The notes under the pieces were generated by a model, which saw only the letters and a list, made by a program, of their open reading frames with translations, ran no database searches and had not been told where the DNA came from. A DNA stretch of 64,000 bases from Squalus acanthias (lineage: Eukaryota), in contig CM059431.1 in the NCBI GenBank assembly GCA_030390025.1, positions 132,124,001 through 132,188,000 on the forward strand, read 5' to 3'. A program made the translations under genes and the position numbers. Positions 1 through 14,039 of the stretch are shown piece after piece (position 1 is the first letter of the stretch; each line of letters starts with the position of its first letter).

Positions 1-959
1 AAATTTAAAAACCAAATGTGCAAGGGCAAATCTAACTAACGGCAGGTGCCATTAGATGCCCTGCCACAACAAATTATGGGCTGTTACTTTATTGTAAAAC
101 TCCATGCGAACTTAATTAAACACTACATTAATAGGCAGTTAACAAGAATCTATTAGAACGTTTCTAATTCAAGCCCTAAATGAACAGCTAACTGCATACT
201 CACACTTGGGCACTCGGCTGGGTTCGGATGCTTCTCCTGTTCTCCCAAAGTGACAAATTTCAAGAGCTTTTCCCTCTTTTTTATACCCATTCATTGCCCA
301 TCTATGGTCATGCTTATGATTTCTACAATTCACTTAAGTCAGCAAATTTCAGCTTGTCACCCTTAGGCCATCAAATTTAACTTTTGTTGGACATTTATAA
401 CCCTTCGGTTATTGAATAGATTGCTGAACATAAATGATTATAGAGGCTATGATCTCATCAATATCCTGTACCATTGTCTGAAAGTATAGGCAGTGATCAG
501 CTATCTTTCATTACACATGTCAATGCTGGAATCCTTCCTGTCAGCTAGTAAAGTAAGAAACTTCTGCTTCCTGCTTGTTAGCATTAAGATTTTTTTTATC
601 CTGAGTTAAAAATTTCAGAACGACCTCTTTAATTTACCCATATCGCTGCATTTTATTCTACCTACAATTCTTACATTAGACATTCTTCCTTGGTTTCAGT
701 AAAAAAAACTACAAAAGCGAATATATGTATATACTCCAACACCTTGCTTTACCTGTCTCTTGTAACTTCTGTAAATACTCCTTTCCATCCTTCTTCTTTC
801 CTAATGGTACATTTGCTAGTTCTCTTAAAGGGGACAATCACATTTTTGCCTTTTTTCTTCTCCAATTTAAATCGCGGATAAACAGGGTTTCTGCCACACT
901 TTTGCCAAAGTTACGCTGGCAGAGTGGGAGCAGCTCCTAGGAAATTCTGGGCCCAGGTT

Positions 960-1930
960 TTATTCCTGACAGGTCTGTTAGATCATTGGACACCAATAAC
1001 AATTCTAGTTAATTTTCCATTATTGCCTCAAATTGTGTGCCTATAAGCTTACTCCTGTCCTCAACCATTTTATTAACCTCTCATCTCCAGCCACTATTCT
1101 TTCTTTTGGCAATTTGCTCATGTTTGCCCTATGTCTAAGAAGGGTGATCCCTCTTATCCTTCAAACAAATGCTCTAGTGTCATTTATTGGCACTTTCTAA
1201 GTTTATGAAATTAGCTGTTAGTCTCAAATTACCCATCACCTTTGAAGTTATGACTTACTCTACAATGACTAGTATGGTCCTCGGCATAGCTGTCCCACTG
1301 GCGATCTTCTTGGCTCTGTAAAGTAAATCTGGAGCTCTGATCCTGAACCCTTCTATTGCCTATCCATGCTGTGTTTGATGGCTCATCCTCTGATTATTCT
1401 TTTATTAATTCAGGCATTCCTCTGGGTTCTGGCCCCTCTCACACTCTGTTCTCCCATTTATTAAGTTACGTCCTGCATTTATTATTCAACACTAACCATT
1501 CTTTTGTGATGATTCTGCTCTATAGTCATCAAATTTATCTAGATCACTGGTCCTCAGTTTACAGAACCTCCATTCCTTTTATAATAGCTGAATTAATACA
1601 TGTTGGTCCTCTCTATAATCTGAAATAGAGCAATGAAAATCTTGTTTCTTTCAGTTCTTCATGTCTCCCAAGTCTAACCAAGGGCTCCCATCTCTTGCCT
1701 TTGATAGCTTTGCTCTTCGTACTTCTTCATCTATTGTCATTCTTGATGTTACTGTCTCCTTTGACAGGTGGATCTGTCATATCTCTTTAATTTCTATAGT
1801 TGTGCCAAACACTTTTTCATCTGATAGGGGATCTGCCCTTCATCTCTAGCTTCCATCCTGTCTCGCCATCACAAATTTTCTGTCATTATTTTATTGACTC
1901 TATAATGGTCAATGCGCCTCATAATTTTCC
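960..1930 (+). mobile_element. Very old, degraded non-LTR retrotransposon RT remnant
   Basis: Translation 'DGSSSDYSFINSGIPLGSGPSHTLF' resembles the RT motif SGVPQGSVLSPTLF; 'KKGDPSYPSN' near 1137 resembles the KKGD..P.NYRPI motif. Boundaries approximate. Confidence 0.45.
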
Positions 1931-2467
1931 TCTGTTGGCTCTTGTAAAGAAACAAAATATTTGCATTATGCAGAGCTTTACTACAACTGTAAAATATCCC
2001 AAAGCACTTTACAATCAATGGATTACTTTTGAAGTGCAGTCACAGTTGACAGCCATAGCTGAAAATATGCAGTTCCTATAATGCTTAATGAGATGAAATC
2101 AATATTTGTCGCACAATCTCCTACTCTGACTTATTTTTTGTCAGGGCATCAAAACTGTGGGATTCCTTACTTCATTAAATCTTTCCTGTCACCTGCAATT
2201 TTCAGATTTTTAAACCCAAGATCAGCATTAACTAGTTATTGCTGCCTGATTTCCTTCATCTCTTTTAAACTTTGGTGCTGTCCTGCATTGTAGGCCGAGG
2301 ACCTTCACCTTGGTTCCTAAATTTTTTAAAACTCAATGCGCATTCTGGGTGCCTGAAATGGGAATTATTGGGAATACAATTTGAGGGAAGTTTTCCAGTA
2401 CCCCTATTTCTATGCAAATTCCTGTATTTTACAAGGGATAATCTGCATCCCAAAAATCCCGATTTGG

Positions 2468-3610
2468 ATTCTGCCAAGATCACTCTGCTCCAGACCTCAT
2501 TACAGCCTTGGTCCAAATGTGGACAAAAGAGCTGAATTCCAGAGGTGTGGTGCGAGTGACTGCCCTTGACATCAAGGCAGCAATTGACGGTGTGGCAACA
2601 AGGAGCCCTAGTAAAATTGAAGTCAATGGGGAATCAGGGGGAAATCTCTCCACTTGCTGGAGCCATATCTAGCACAAAGGAAGATGGTTGTGGTTGTTGG
2701 AGGCCAATCATCACAGCCCCAGGACATCGCTGCAGGAGTTCCTCAAGGCAGTGTCCTAGGCCCAACCATCTTCAGCTGCTTCATCAATGACCTTCCCTCC
2801 ATCATAAGGTCAGAAGTGTGGATGTTCGCTGATGATTATACAGTGTTCAGTTCCATTCGCAACTCCTCAGATAATGAAGCAGTCCGTGCCCACATGCAGC
2901 AAGACCTGGACAACATTCAGGCTTGGGCTGATAAGTGGCAATTAACATTAGCTCCACACAATTGCAGGGTAATGACCATCTCAAACAAGAGAAAGTCTAA
3001 CCATGTCCCCTTGACATTCAGTGGCATTGCCATTGTCGAATCCCTCACCATCAACATCCTGGGGGTCACCATTGACCAGAAACTTAACTGGACCAGCCAC
3101 ATAATACTGTGGCAACAAGAGCAGGTCAGAGGCTAGGTATTCTGCAGCGAGTGATTCACCTCCTGACTCCACAAAGGCTTTCCACCATCGACAGGGCACA
3201 AGTCAGGAGTGTGATGGAATACTCCCTTCTTGCCTGGATCGCACCCCATCCACCACCTTAAACATTCACTCCCTCCACCACCAGCGCACCGTATCTGCAG
3301 TGTGTACCATCTACAAGATGTACTGCAGCAACTCGCTAAAGCTTCTTCAGCAGCAGCTCCCAAACCCACGACCTTTACCACCTAGAAGGACAAGGGCAGC
3401 AGATGCATGGGAACACCATCACCTCCAAGTTCCCCTCCAAGTCACACACCATCCTGGCCTGGATCTATATCGCCGTTCCTTCATCTTCACTGGGTCAAAA
3501 TCCTAGAACTCCCAAGAAGGCAGCTCACCACCACCTTTCAAGGGCAATTAGGGATGGGCAATAAATGCTGGCCTTGCCAGTGATGCCCACATCCTGTGAA
3601 TGAATAAAAG
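2468..3610 (+). mobile_element. 5'-truncated LINE family B (APE-RT, CR1/L2/Jockey-type), RT C-terminal part plus 3' tail
   Basis: ORF 2654-3136 has GVPQGSVLGP and FADD. The 3' end gggcaataaatgctggccttgccag...cacatcctgtgaatgaataaaa is shared with copies at ~15720-15780 and 63490-63600. Confidence 0.9.
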
Positions 3611-3782
3611 AAAATTGGAAGACTGTTTTTTTGACTGCCAACAAAAAGACAAAAGCATAATTTCCTTCAGTGTTGTGTGATTTGAATCTAAAACCTAAAG
3701 GTTAAGGGGCAATTTGATTTTCCCCCCTAATTTTCTCCCTTCCCCTTATTGAAATATGGTTCAGAAGTCTGGCTGTGCTCTT

Positions 3783-4528
3783 AGCCCAGATTTTGTTCTA
3801 GCAGGGCATCTAATGTCGTCTGTCGTTAGTTAGACTTATTTGTGCACGTTTAGGTTTTAATATTTTGTGCGTGTCAAATTGCTGAAAGTGCGAGCTGATA
3901 ACGGGGAAACCGGGCATCTGGGGCCTGAGTGACGAGGGCAATCTCCTTAACCAATGAAATTGAAAGATTGTGAAATAAATAGCACAAGGGCTGAGAAGGA
4001 AGTGTAAATTACAGTGGGTGTGTTCAATGTTAAATCAGGTACAGAAAGAGAAATAAAGAGAGGGAAAAAAGATTTAAGAGCGAGAGAAAAAAGAGACAGA
4101 AAGGAAAAGTTTAAAAAAATGTTAAATTTGACTTTTTTTAAATCTCCAACATCAGTTAATAACCTGAAGGAATGAGACTCTGCACTTGTAATAGTTAATT
4201 TTCAGTGCTAGAGCAGATGATTGGCAGTAAGTAACGGTTACCATATCATTAAAAGGGTACTTGCGCTTGAAATGACAAGATTTAATTTTCTGTGGCAAGT
4301 TTAGTTCATATCTACCGTGCAAATGCAGCAACCTCATGGCATTCAATGCATTTCAATGTTGAGGTAGGCAGCGAGATGCCGTTTTTGCGAAGCTAACAGC
4401 GGAGTGGCGCAACTTGGGCATCAACTTTTGGATATTTATGTTTAATCGTGCATCTGGGTGTACCATTTACAAATAAATAACGGTTAGCACCATTTGCCTC
4501 ACTGTTATTTTGAAAGCAAATTCTGGCC
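3783..4528 (-). mobile_element. Harbinger-like non-autonomous element (same family as 53328-56362)
   Basis: Ends are agcccagatttt and caaattctggcc. The reverse complement of 4475-4528 matches the start of the 53328 element. No TSD recovered. Confidence 0.6.
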
Positions 4529-6724
4529 CAATACCTCACTTAGGTTGAAATTCCTGATTTGTGAACCTTGACATCTATATGACCATAGAGAGCATCACAA
4601 GTTCTCACTTGATGCTCACAATTTACATTTCTAACAGAGGTCACCAGGTAGTGATCAGGAGTGGAAAGCAGGGCTGATTTATTTTCTTCTTCCTATCCCA
4701 AGGGCACTATGTTAATGCAAGTTCTTTTTCTTTCACTGAGGCCAATTGAAGCCTTCTGGCCTGTATGATTTAGTAATACAGTACTCGGGCTGATGCCTTT
4801 ATCCATTGAGGAAATCCAAATGTCAGGGTTCTTATCTATTGTGCAACCAAATCTACTCTGGAAACAGTCTTATGAGGCTTGGCAGGTTAAGTTTTAAAAC
4901 AATCTCATTAGCACTGCAGGGACCATTACTTCTAGTGACAAGTGACGAAGTACTTAAAATATAAAAAGACAGTTGAAAATGTTTTAGTTGTGCTTTCACT
5001 ATTTTGGTACATGTAGATGGGATCCAGATGCCTCTCTGAAGAGAAAACGTTTTCCAACTCCAGATTTATGTTTTGAAATTGTGCTCTTTGAATCCGTCTG
5101 TCCATTATTTAACGGAGCTGTTAACCTGCTTTAATCACCATCTCCGTTAAAATAGCAAACAAAGGAATTTCATATGACTACGTTGGCCTGGAGTTTCCGC
5201 TCGATTGCGCTGGTTTTTTTGCGCAATTCCGCCGATATCAGCATAACCGGCACAAAAGATTGCAGTATTTTAAGCTTAAATTGCGTGCAGCGCACCTCAC
5301 GTTTCAGCAATCTTTTGCACTCGTTTTAAAGTCATTGCGCTAGAAGCAGGCCCCGCCCACAAAACAGGTCACGCCCCCCAGGGTGAATTAATCACCATTG
5401 GGAGTTTCCACTAATTGCAGACCTTGGAGAAGACTCCAAAAATTAAGCTGGATCTTTTGGGCATAAGGACACTAATAGGTGCTTTTTGAAATGTTTTGAA
5501 TGAAATTTCTGTTAAAATTTACTAGGGAACTGATTGATCTGCGATCTAACTCCGTATACCCACCTTTGCCCCATATCCCTTAATACCTTTGGTTAACAAA
5601 AATCTATCAATCTCAGATTTAAAATTAACAATTGACCTAGCATCAATTGCCATTTCAAAGAGTCCAATTAAAAGCTATTGGTGTCCAGTTAGTATCTCAA
5701 TAAGGAGCTTGGTTTTGCATCTTGAAATATCCAGATTCAGTTGATCTAATCTGAGTGGTAATCTGGTGTAAAATTTTGTCATTTTGAAATGATCGATATA
5801 ATTTGGATAGAAGGTACAGCATAAAATGAGGACCAAGTTTATTTAAATTACACATACATTCATACCTCTTTTCCTTCACTCGTGGAAAGAATAATTCAAA
5901 AGCACTGCCGGAGAATAACTTCTGCCTTTAAAATTCAGTGAAGTGCAGGTAGGCATTGATATTTTAGTGTATTTGCTGCTGTATTTACTGAAAAAGGGAT
6001 CGTTTCCTACATTACAACAGTGACTACACTTCAAAAAGTACTTCATTGGCTGTAAAGCACTTTGGGACATCCTGTGGTCGTGAAAGGCGTTATATAAATG
6101 CAGTCTTGCTTTCTTTCTTTTTCAATACTGTTTACCGTGCCCACTGCTACATGTCAATCAGTCATTACCTTATGCTCCAGCGACATCTATCAGTCAACTG
6201 TCAACAGAATTCATTGAAAAAGTATTCAGAGCAATTTGCATTATAGCTGCTTATGTGATATTACTGTACAAAACAGCTTCTGCCTCAATAACACTCCTTA
6301 TGGTTAAAAAGTAATCGAGTTAGTCCATTGCCTTGATCACTGTGGATTGTAAGAATTTTTGTGAAGACTTTCATAAGTAGATTGGACAAAGACTTTCCAG
6401 ATATAGTGAAGCCAAGTCAAGTGGGAATCATTAAGAATAGAAAAGCAGCAGAATGATAAATGATTGTGTGACTTGATACTTGCATACAGGCACTCTCTGA
6501 ATCCTATCACTGCTATCTTCCTTGATACCAACAAACCCTTGAATATAGGTTTCGTCTATCACTTAAGTGCCAAGAATTCTCCCCTTGATATTTGTAATTT
6601 AATTAACATTAATATGTGTCTACAATATAAGAAAGACAGTTGAAATATTTGCACATTGCTGTTTTATGGCTGATCTGTGTCATGCTATTTCTGAGCTAAC
6701 TAATAGAAGTGAGAGGCAAACCTT

Positions 6725-7235
6725 GGAAACAGGCCATTTGGCCCAACTAGTCCATGTTGGTGCTTACCTACAACCCACCTATCTAACCTATTCTTATAAG
6801 TTGACATGGTATCTGCTTTACCTCTTAAACTCTGGGAGTGCATTCCCAGTCTTACAACCTTATGCAAAAAGGTTTCTCCTGCTCTTTGTCTTAATCTTAT
6901 ATCTGTGTACCTTCATTCTAGAACCCTCAACCAATGGAAACAGTCTGTTTCTATTTGCCCCATCCCATCCCTTCAGAATTTTAAAAGCTGCTATCAAATC
7001 ACGCCATAATCGCTTCTGTTCTAACGGAAATAGACCCAGTCTTTCTTTGTATTTGTATTTCCTTATACCAGGCAACATCCTAGTGAAGCCGCATTATACC
7101 TTCCCTATTGCCTCAACATCCTTCCTACAGTGTGGAGTCCAAAACTGTACACATTACTCCAACTGTGATCTTACTAAAGTTTTATAAAGGTTCACCATTA
7201 TAGCTTGACACCATTACACCTCTTGCCATAAAACC
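6725..7235 (-). mobile_element. CR1 LINE 3' fragment
   Basis: ORF 6860-7078 'ERLGLFPLEQKRLWRDLIAAFKILKG...LFPL' is the typical CR1 ORF2 C-terminus. Confidence 0.85.
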
Positions 7236-7564
7236 CAGTTACTGGGAATTTCCTCGCGGGGGTTCTTCTCATTGGCTGTCATAACTTTAGCAGAAAATCA
7301 GCGGATACCCCATTTACACGGTGTATCCGGGGTTTCCGAAGTTTGACAGCCGATCAGGAGACCCGCCCCCCCCTCCATTAGTTTTTTTTTTATCTTGCCA
7401 TAATCAAACCTACATCTGCAACACCCTTAACAATGTTTTAATGTGAAGAGTCATAAGGAGCATGTACACTTTTTACTGTAATCTTTGACATTGAGAAGGA
7501 AGGAGGCCTGGATGGTCTTACATGAGTAATGGAGGCTCAACCGGAAAAACATGAAAGGAAAGAA

Positions 7565-7970
7565 ATTAAGACTTGCATTTATATAATGTCTTTCACGAAC
7601 TCAGGAAGTCAAAAGCACTTTACAGCCAATGAGGTACATTTGCAGAGTACTCATTGTTGTAATGTAGGAAGCACAGCAGTCAATGTGCTCATAGCAAGGT
7701 CCCATAAACAACAATGAGATAATGACCAGATAATCTGGTTTTGTGGTATTGGTTGAGGGATAAATATTAGCCAGGACACAGGGGAGAACTCCCCTGCTCT
7801 TCTTCGAATAGTGTCAAGAGATCTTTTATGAGAGGGCAGACAGGGCCTCGGTTTCATCGGAACCTCTGACAGTGTAGCACTCCTTCAGTACTGCACTGAA
7901 GTGCCAGCCTAGATTATGTGCTCAAGTCTCAGGAGTGGGACCCAGGCAAGAGTGAGCCAAGACTGACACA
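7565..7970 (-). mobile_element. Deu-domain SINE (SacSINE1/AmnSINE-like) with L2-type tail
   Basis: Contains ggataaatattagccaggacacaggggagaactcccctgctcttcttcgaatagtg. Its tail ttgcatttatata resembles the L2 tail at 27051. A second copy lies at 23070-23380, with fragments near 1950-2070, 6003-6100 and 52040-52100. Confidence 0.7.
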
Positions 7971-8994
7971 TCCGAGTCAGAACACTACTTTTGACACTCA
8001 ATTGAACTGACTTGGCCTTTCCGGATGAACTTGCCCATTTTCACCAGAGCTATTAGATGCAGTTATCTGTTTCAGAGTGGACCGTGGATAAGAATGGACG
8101 TGAATCCCGTATTAGCCTATTGACAGCACCGTGACCAGACCATCCTGCTGTATCATGGGCCAGTGATAGAAACCTAAAGAAGTAAAGTGGAGAAAAATGT
8201 AGTAATTGTAGAGAAAATGCTGCTTTAAAGACTAGTTGATCCAGGTTGTCAAGAGTAATTGTCTAGTGCAATGTTTTAAGACTGATTGTCTGAGAGAGTA
8301 TTCCACCGATAGTTGTAAAGATACATCAATGTTGGTAATTACTATTAGAATGAAATTTAGCAACCAGTTATTACTTTCTGAACTGAAAAATGGTTTGGGG
8401 AAAAATTACATTATATCGTAAAGCTACCCAGGCAGTCTGGGAAATATCAATTCTTGGCTTCTGAATTTCTATTTTGACATCAGGGTTAAAATAACTCATA
8501 TTTTACAGAATAGCTTAAACTTGGTGCTCATATTTGGGACTGGGCCCAAACAAACACAATTCATTTTCCTCTTATAGCTATTAAACCTGAAGTGTATGGG
8601 CCAAAGTCAGTAATTCTCATGGATATCATTATCAAATTGTTCTCATCTGTTAGAGATAATGATATGTAGTGCTGTACAATAGTCAACATTCCTACATGAG
8701 ATTGTCTAATAAGACTGTGTTATTGGAAAAAACAGGTCCCACCACGTTTATTTTTCTTTAAGTAAATTTAGCTGTTGCAAATTATATTAATAATACACAA
8801 TTTAGACGTTCAGTTAATGGGGAATGAATTCTCTATGGATGTGAATTCCGATACAGCTGTACAGAGTATGCACACAGTGTATGTTCTATCTGTGAGTTAT
8901 TAAACCTGGTGCTAAATTTACCATATCTATTTATGTGATCAGCTTTCCTTCCCACCCAGGTCTATTTGTATGTTTTCAACATGATATAAATAAA

Positions 8995-10345
8995 TGACCC
9001 AGCTCGGATTTTGAGATTATGTCCCCTTGTTCTCAATTCCCCCATCAGAGGAAATAGTTTCTCTATATCTGCCCTATCGAATCCTTTCAAACATTTCAAA
9101 CTCCTTGATCAGATCACCCCTTAATCTTCTATACTGAAGGGAATATAAGCCAAGTTTATGCAACCTATCTTCATAATTTAACCCTCTAAACCCCAGTATC
9201 ATTCTGGTGAATCTGCGCTGCACCGTCTCCCAGGCCAATATATTCTTCCTGAGGTGTGGTGCTCAAAACTGTGGTGAACACAGTACTCCAGTTGGGGTCT
9301 GACTAAGATTCTACACAACTGAAGTATAATTTCCTCCCCTTTGTAATACAATCCCCTTGAGAGAAAGGATAACATTCTATTAGCCTTTTTGATTACTTTT
9401 TGTACCTATCTACTAGCTGTAATGATTTGTATACCTGGATTCACAAATCTCTTTGCTCCTCTACAGTTTCTAGTATCTCACCTTTTAGAAAATACTCCAA
9501 TTTATCTTTCTTACATCCAAAGTGGATGACCTCCCATTTGCCCACATTAAAGTCCATCTGCCATAGTTGTGCCACTCACTTAATATCTCTATGTCCCTTT
9601 GCAACTTCCTGCTCCCATCTGCACTACATATTGTTCCTTCTAATTTAGTGTAATCTGCAAACTTAGATATACAACTTTCTATTCCTTCATCTAAGTCATT
9701 AATAAATACGGGGAAAAGTTGAGTCCCCAGAACAGATCCCTGGGAAACACCACTTGTTACATACTTGTTACCACTTGAGCACATACCCTTCATCCACACT
9801 CTCTGTCTCCTACCTCCCAACCAGTTTCCAACCCAAGTGCAAAGGCTCCCTCCAATTCTGTGTGCTCTCATTTTTGCCAATAATATTTTGTGTGGAACCT
9901 TATCGAATGCTTTCTGGAAGTCAATATAGATAGCATCCATAGACAGTCCTTTGTCTACCTTATTAGTGACCTCCTTAAAAAATTCAACCGGATTAGTTGG
10001 ACGTGATTTACCTTTAACAAAGCCATGCTGGCTCTCTCTGATCAGCTCGTATTTGCTCAAGTGGTCAGTCGTTCTATCCTTAATGACAGTAGCTTCCCCA
10101 CAACTGACATTAAACTGACATGCCTGTAGTTACCTGGTTTCTCTTTCCCACCCTTTTTAATTAATGGAGTGACATTAGCAATTTTCCAGTCTAACGGCAC
10201 AATTCCTGAATCAAGAGAACTTTGAAAGATTATAACTAACGCTCGAGGAATTTCCTCACCTACTTCTTTAAATGCCCTGGAGTGGAAACTATCAGGTCCT
10301 GGAGACTTATCTATCCTAAGTCCCATTATTTTCTCCATTGCCTTT
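8995..10345 (-). mobile_element. CR1 LINE ORF2 fragment (RT), degraded
   Basis: ORFs 10057-10338 and 9485-10060 contain KSPGPD, NYRHVSL, QHGF, DFQKAFDKVPH, GVSQGSVLG and FADY. Confidence 0.92.
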
Positions 10346-10375
10346 TTTAAAAACTAATATTGAATACAATAAGCT

Positions 10376-10770
10376 GTGGCTCTTTTCTCTAGGGGTGACC
10401 TGATAGAGGTCTTTAAGATTATGAAAAGGTTTCATAGGCTGGACGTAGAGAAGATGCTTCCACTTGAGAGGGAGACCAGAACTAGGGGCCATAAATATAA
10501 GATAGTCACCAATAAATCCAATAGGGAATTTAGGAGAAACTTCTTTACCCAGAGAGTGGTTAGAATGTGGTACTCTCTATCACAAGGAGTAGTTGAGGCA
10601 ACTACCATAGATGCATTTAAGGGGAAGCTAGATAAACACATAAAGGAGAAAGGAATAGAAAGATATGTTGATTGGGTTAGATGAAGAAGGGTGGGAGGAG
10701 GTTTGTGTGGCGCATAAACACCGACATGAACCTGTTGGGCTGAATAGCCTGTTTCTGTGCTCTAAATACT
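10376..10770 (+). mobile_element. CR1 LINE 3' fragment
   Basis: 'RGDLIEVFKIMK...RTRGH...RRNFFTQRVV..W' followed by a 3' UTR (gggctgaatagcctgtttctgtgc). Confidence 0.9.
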
Positions 10771-12382
10771 ATATAATGTGGTTGACTCTTAACTGCCCTC
10801 TGAAATGACCTAGCAAGCCACTCAGTTGTACACAACCGCTACGAATAAGAAAAAAACCGGACGGACCACCCGGCATCGAACTAGGCACCGGCTTCAGACA
10901 CGACAATGGCACATCCAGCCGAGTCGACCCTGCAAAGTCCTCCTCACTAACATCTGGGGACTTGTGCCAAAATTGGGAGAGCTGTCTCACAGACTAGTCA
11001 AGCAACAGCCTGACATAGTCAATCTCACAGAATCATACCTTTCAGCAAAACGTCCCAGATTCCTCCATCACCAGCAGGACAGTCCCACCAGAAGTGGCGG
11101 CACAGTGGTATACAGTCGGAAGGGAGTGGCCCTGGGAGTCCTCAACATTGACTCCGGACTTCATGAAGTGTCATGGCTTAAGGTCAAGTGTGAGCAAAGA
11201 AACCTCCTGCTGATGACTGCCTACCGCCCTCCCTCAGCTGATGAATCAGTACTCCTCCATGTTGAACACCACTTGGAAGAAGCACTGAGGGTAGCAAGGG
11301 CACAGACTGTACTCTGGGTGGGGGACTTCAATGTCCATCACCAAGAGTAGCTCGGTAGTACAATTACTTCTGGCCGAGTCCTGAAGGACATAACTGCTAG
11401 ACTGGGCCTGCAGCAGGTGGTGAGTGAACCAACACGAGGGAAAAACCTACTTGACCTCGTCCTCACCAATCTACCTGTCACAGATGCATCTGTCCATAAG
11501 AGTATTGGTAGCTGTAACCACCGCATTGTGGAGACAAAGTCCCAACTTCACACTGAGGACACCCTCCATCGTGTTGTGTGGCACTACCATCATGCTAAAT
11601 GGGATAGATTCAGAACAGATCTAGCAGCTCAAAACTGGGCATCCATGAGGCGCTGTGGGCCATCAGCAGCAGCAGAATTGTATACCACCACAATCTGTAA
11701 CCTCATGGCCCGGCATATCCCTCACTCTAACATTACCATCAAGCCAGGAGACTAAACCCGGTTCAATGAGGAGTGCAGAAGAGCATGCCAGGAGCAGCAC
11801 CAGGTGTACCTAAAAATGAAGTGCCAACTGGGGAAGCTGCAACACAGGACTATATGCATGCTAAACAGCGGAAGTAGCATGTTATAGACAGAGCTAAGCG
11901 ATCTTACAATCAACGGATCAGATCAAAGCTCTGCAATCATGCCACATCCAGTTGTGGATGTGATGGTGGTGGGCAATTAAACAACAACGGGAGGAGGAGG
12001 CTCCATGAATATTCCCATCCTCAATGATGGTGAAGCCCAGCATGTGAGTGCAAAAGACAAGGCTGAAGCGTTTGCAACCACCTTCAGCCAGAAGTGCCGA
12101 GTGGATGATCCATCTCGGCCTCCTCCTGAGGTCCCCACCATCAGAGAAGCCAGTCTTCAGCCAATTCGATTCACTCCACATGATATCAAGAAATGGCTGA
12201 GCACATTGGATACAACAAAGGCCTTAGGCCCTGACAACATCCCGGCTGTCGTGCTGAAGACTTGTGTTCCAGAACTAGCCGCGCCTCTAGCCAAGCTGTT
12301 CCAGTACAGCTACAACACTGGCATCTACCCGACAATGTGGAAAATTGCCCAGGTATGTCCTGTCCACAAAAAGCAGGACAAA

Positions 12383-14039
12383 GTGAACAGTGAGGAGGAG
12401 AATGATAGACTTCAGGAAGACATAAACAGGCTGGTGAAATGGGCGGACACGTGGCAGATGAAGTTTAGCGCAGAAAAGTGTGAAGCAATACATTTTGCTA
12501 GAAAGAATGAGGAGAGGACATATAAACTAAATGGTACAATCCTAAAGGGGGGTGCACAAACAGAGAGTCCTGGGGGTATGTGTGCACAAATCGTTAAAGG
12601 TGGCAGGGCAGGTTGAGAAAGCAGTTAAAAATGCTTACGGGATCCTGGGCTTCATAAATAGAGGTATAGAGTACAAAAGTGTGGAAATTATGACGAACCT
12701 GTATAAAACACTGGTTCAGCCCCAACTGGAGAACTGTGTCCAATTCTAGGCACCACACTTTAGAAAGGATGTGAAGGCCTTAGAGAAGGTGCAGAAAAGA
12801 TTTACGAGAATGATTCCTGGAATGAGGGACTTCAGTTACGTTGATAGACTGGAGAAGCTGGGATTGTTCTCCTTGGAGCAGAGAAGATTGAGAGGAGATT
12901 TGATAGAGGTGTTCAAAATCATGAGGGGTCTGGACAGAGTAGACAGAGATAAACTGTTCCCATTGGCGGAAGGGTCGAGAACCAGAGGGCACAGATTTAA
13001 GGTGATTGGCAAAAGAACCAAAGGCGACGTAAAAAAAACTTTTTTACACAGCGAGTGGTTAGGATCTGGAATGCACTGCCTGAAAGGGTGGTGGAGGCAG
13101 ACTCAATTTTATCTTTCAAAAGGGAGTTGGATAAGTATCTGAAGGAAAAAAATTTGCAGGGCTACGGGGAAAGGGCAGCTGATAGTCAACACGGGCTCGA
13201 TGGGCCGAATGGCCGCCTTCCGTTCTGTAACCATTCTATGGGGGTGATTTTGCCAGCCCTGGGGAGGTGGGTATGGAGGCGGGACTGCCGGGAAAATGGC
13301 AGAATTTGGGGGCGGGTGACCAACCCGCCTCCATGCCATCTTGCCAGGAGGCGGGTAGCCGTCCCACGCCGGGTCCCCTCTCCTTGGAGTCGGGAAGGGA
13401 TTAAAGCCTATTAACTGCCTGTTAACAGTTAGTTAACAGGCAGAAAATAGGATTATCCCCTTTTTGCCCTCACAAGTGCGGGCTTCCCGAAGGCTCCAAA
13501 ACCCGCCAGCTCAGCGAGGCGAGTACTGGGTCTGTGCGGGTCGGGGGGGGTGCAAAAGTGTGCTGTGAAGGTAAGTGATGGGTGCAAGAGTGTAGAGGTG
13601 AGTATCTGAGGTAAGTGCAAAGTGTTCGTAAAAGTGTACTTACCTTTGTTTCTCCCTGCAGGCTTCAGTCGGTCTGTATGCGGAGAGTCTCGGACCTCCG
13701 TGTTGCAGATGGCAGATGGCCGTTGCATTCTCAGATGCAACAACTATCTAATTTCTATTAAAGAAAGAAGTTTGATGAGGTCTTGAATTCAAGACCTCAT
13801 CAAACTACAGAGAATGTCACTGTTTGACAGCTTCACAGAGCTGCCAAACGATGACAATTCATCTGCAAAAATTTTTGACAGATGAAACGTCATACGTTGA
13901 CGTTCTCTGCAACCGGCTTTCCCTTAATAGCGTGGGTTGGCCACAAATCGATGGAAGCGGGACAGTGACCCGCCAAGCAGCAGTCCCGCCTCCAACGCGC
14001 CCCCATTAACAAAATCGCCCCCAACGATTCTATTCTATG
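12383..14039 (+). mobile_element. 5'-truncated CR1 LINE inserted into family B LINE
   Basis: CR1 ORF2 C-terminus (12771-13142) and ATTCT-type tail. The host sequence ggacaaatccaatcc (intact at ~48607) is split with AAA on both sides. Confidence 0.9.
13240..14022. mobile_element. Harbinger-like MITE inserted in the CR1 microsatellite tail
   Basis: TIRs gggggtgattttg / caaaatcgccccc match at 12 of 13 positions. Related to 37967-38822 and 54376-54548. Flanks TAT/AAC do not form a clean TSD. Confidence 0.8.

Noticed and set aside
5185..5520. Additional Harbinger-like element starting ggcctggagttt (similar to 44080-44260)
   Set aside because: No right end or TSD found, so boundaries cannot be supported.
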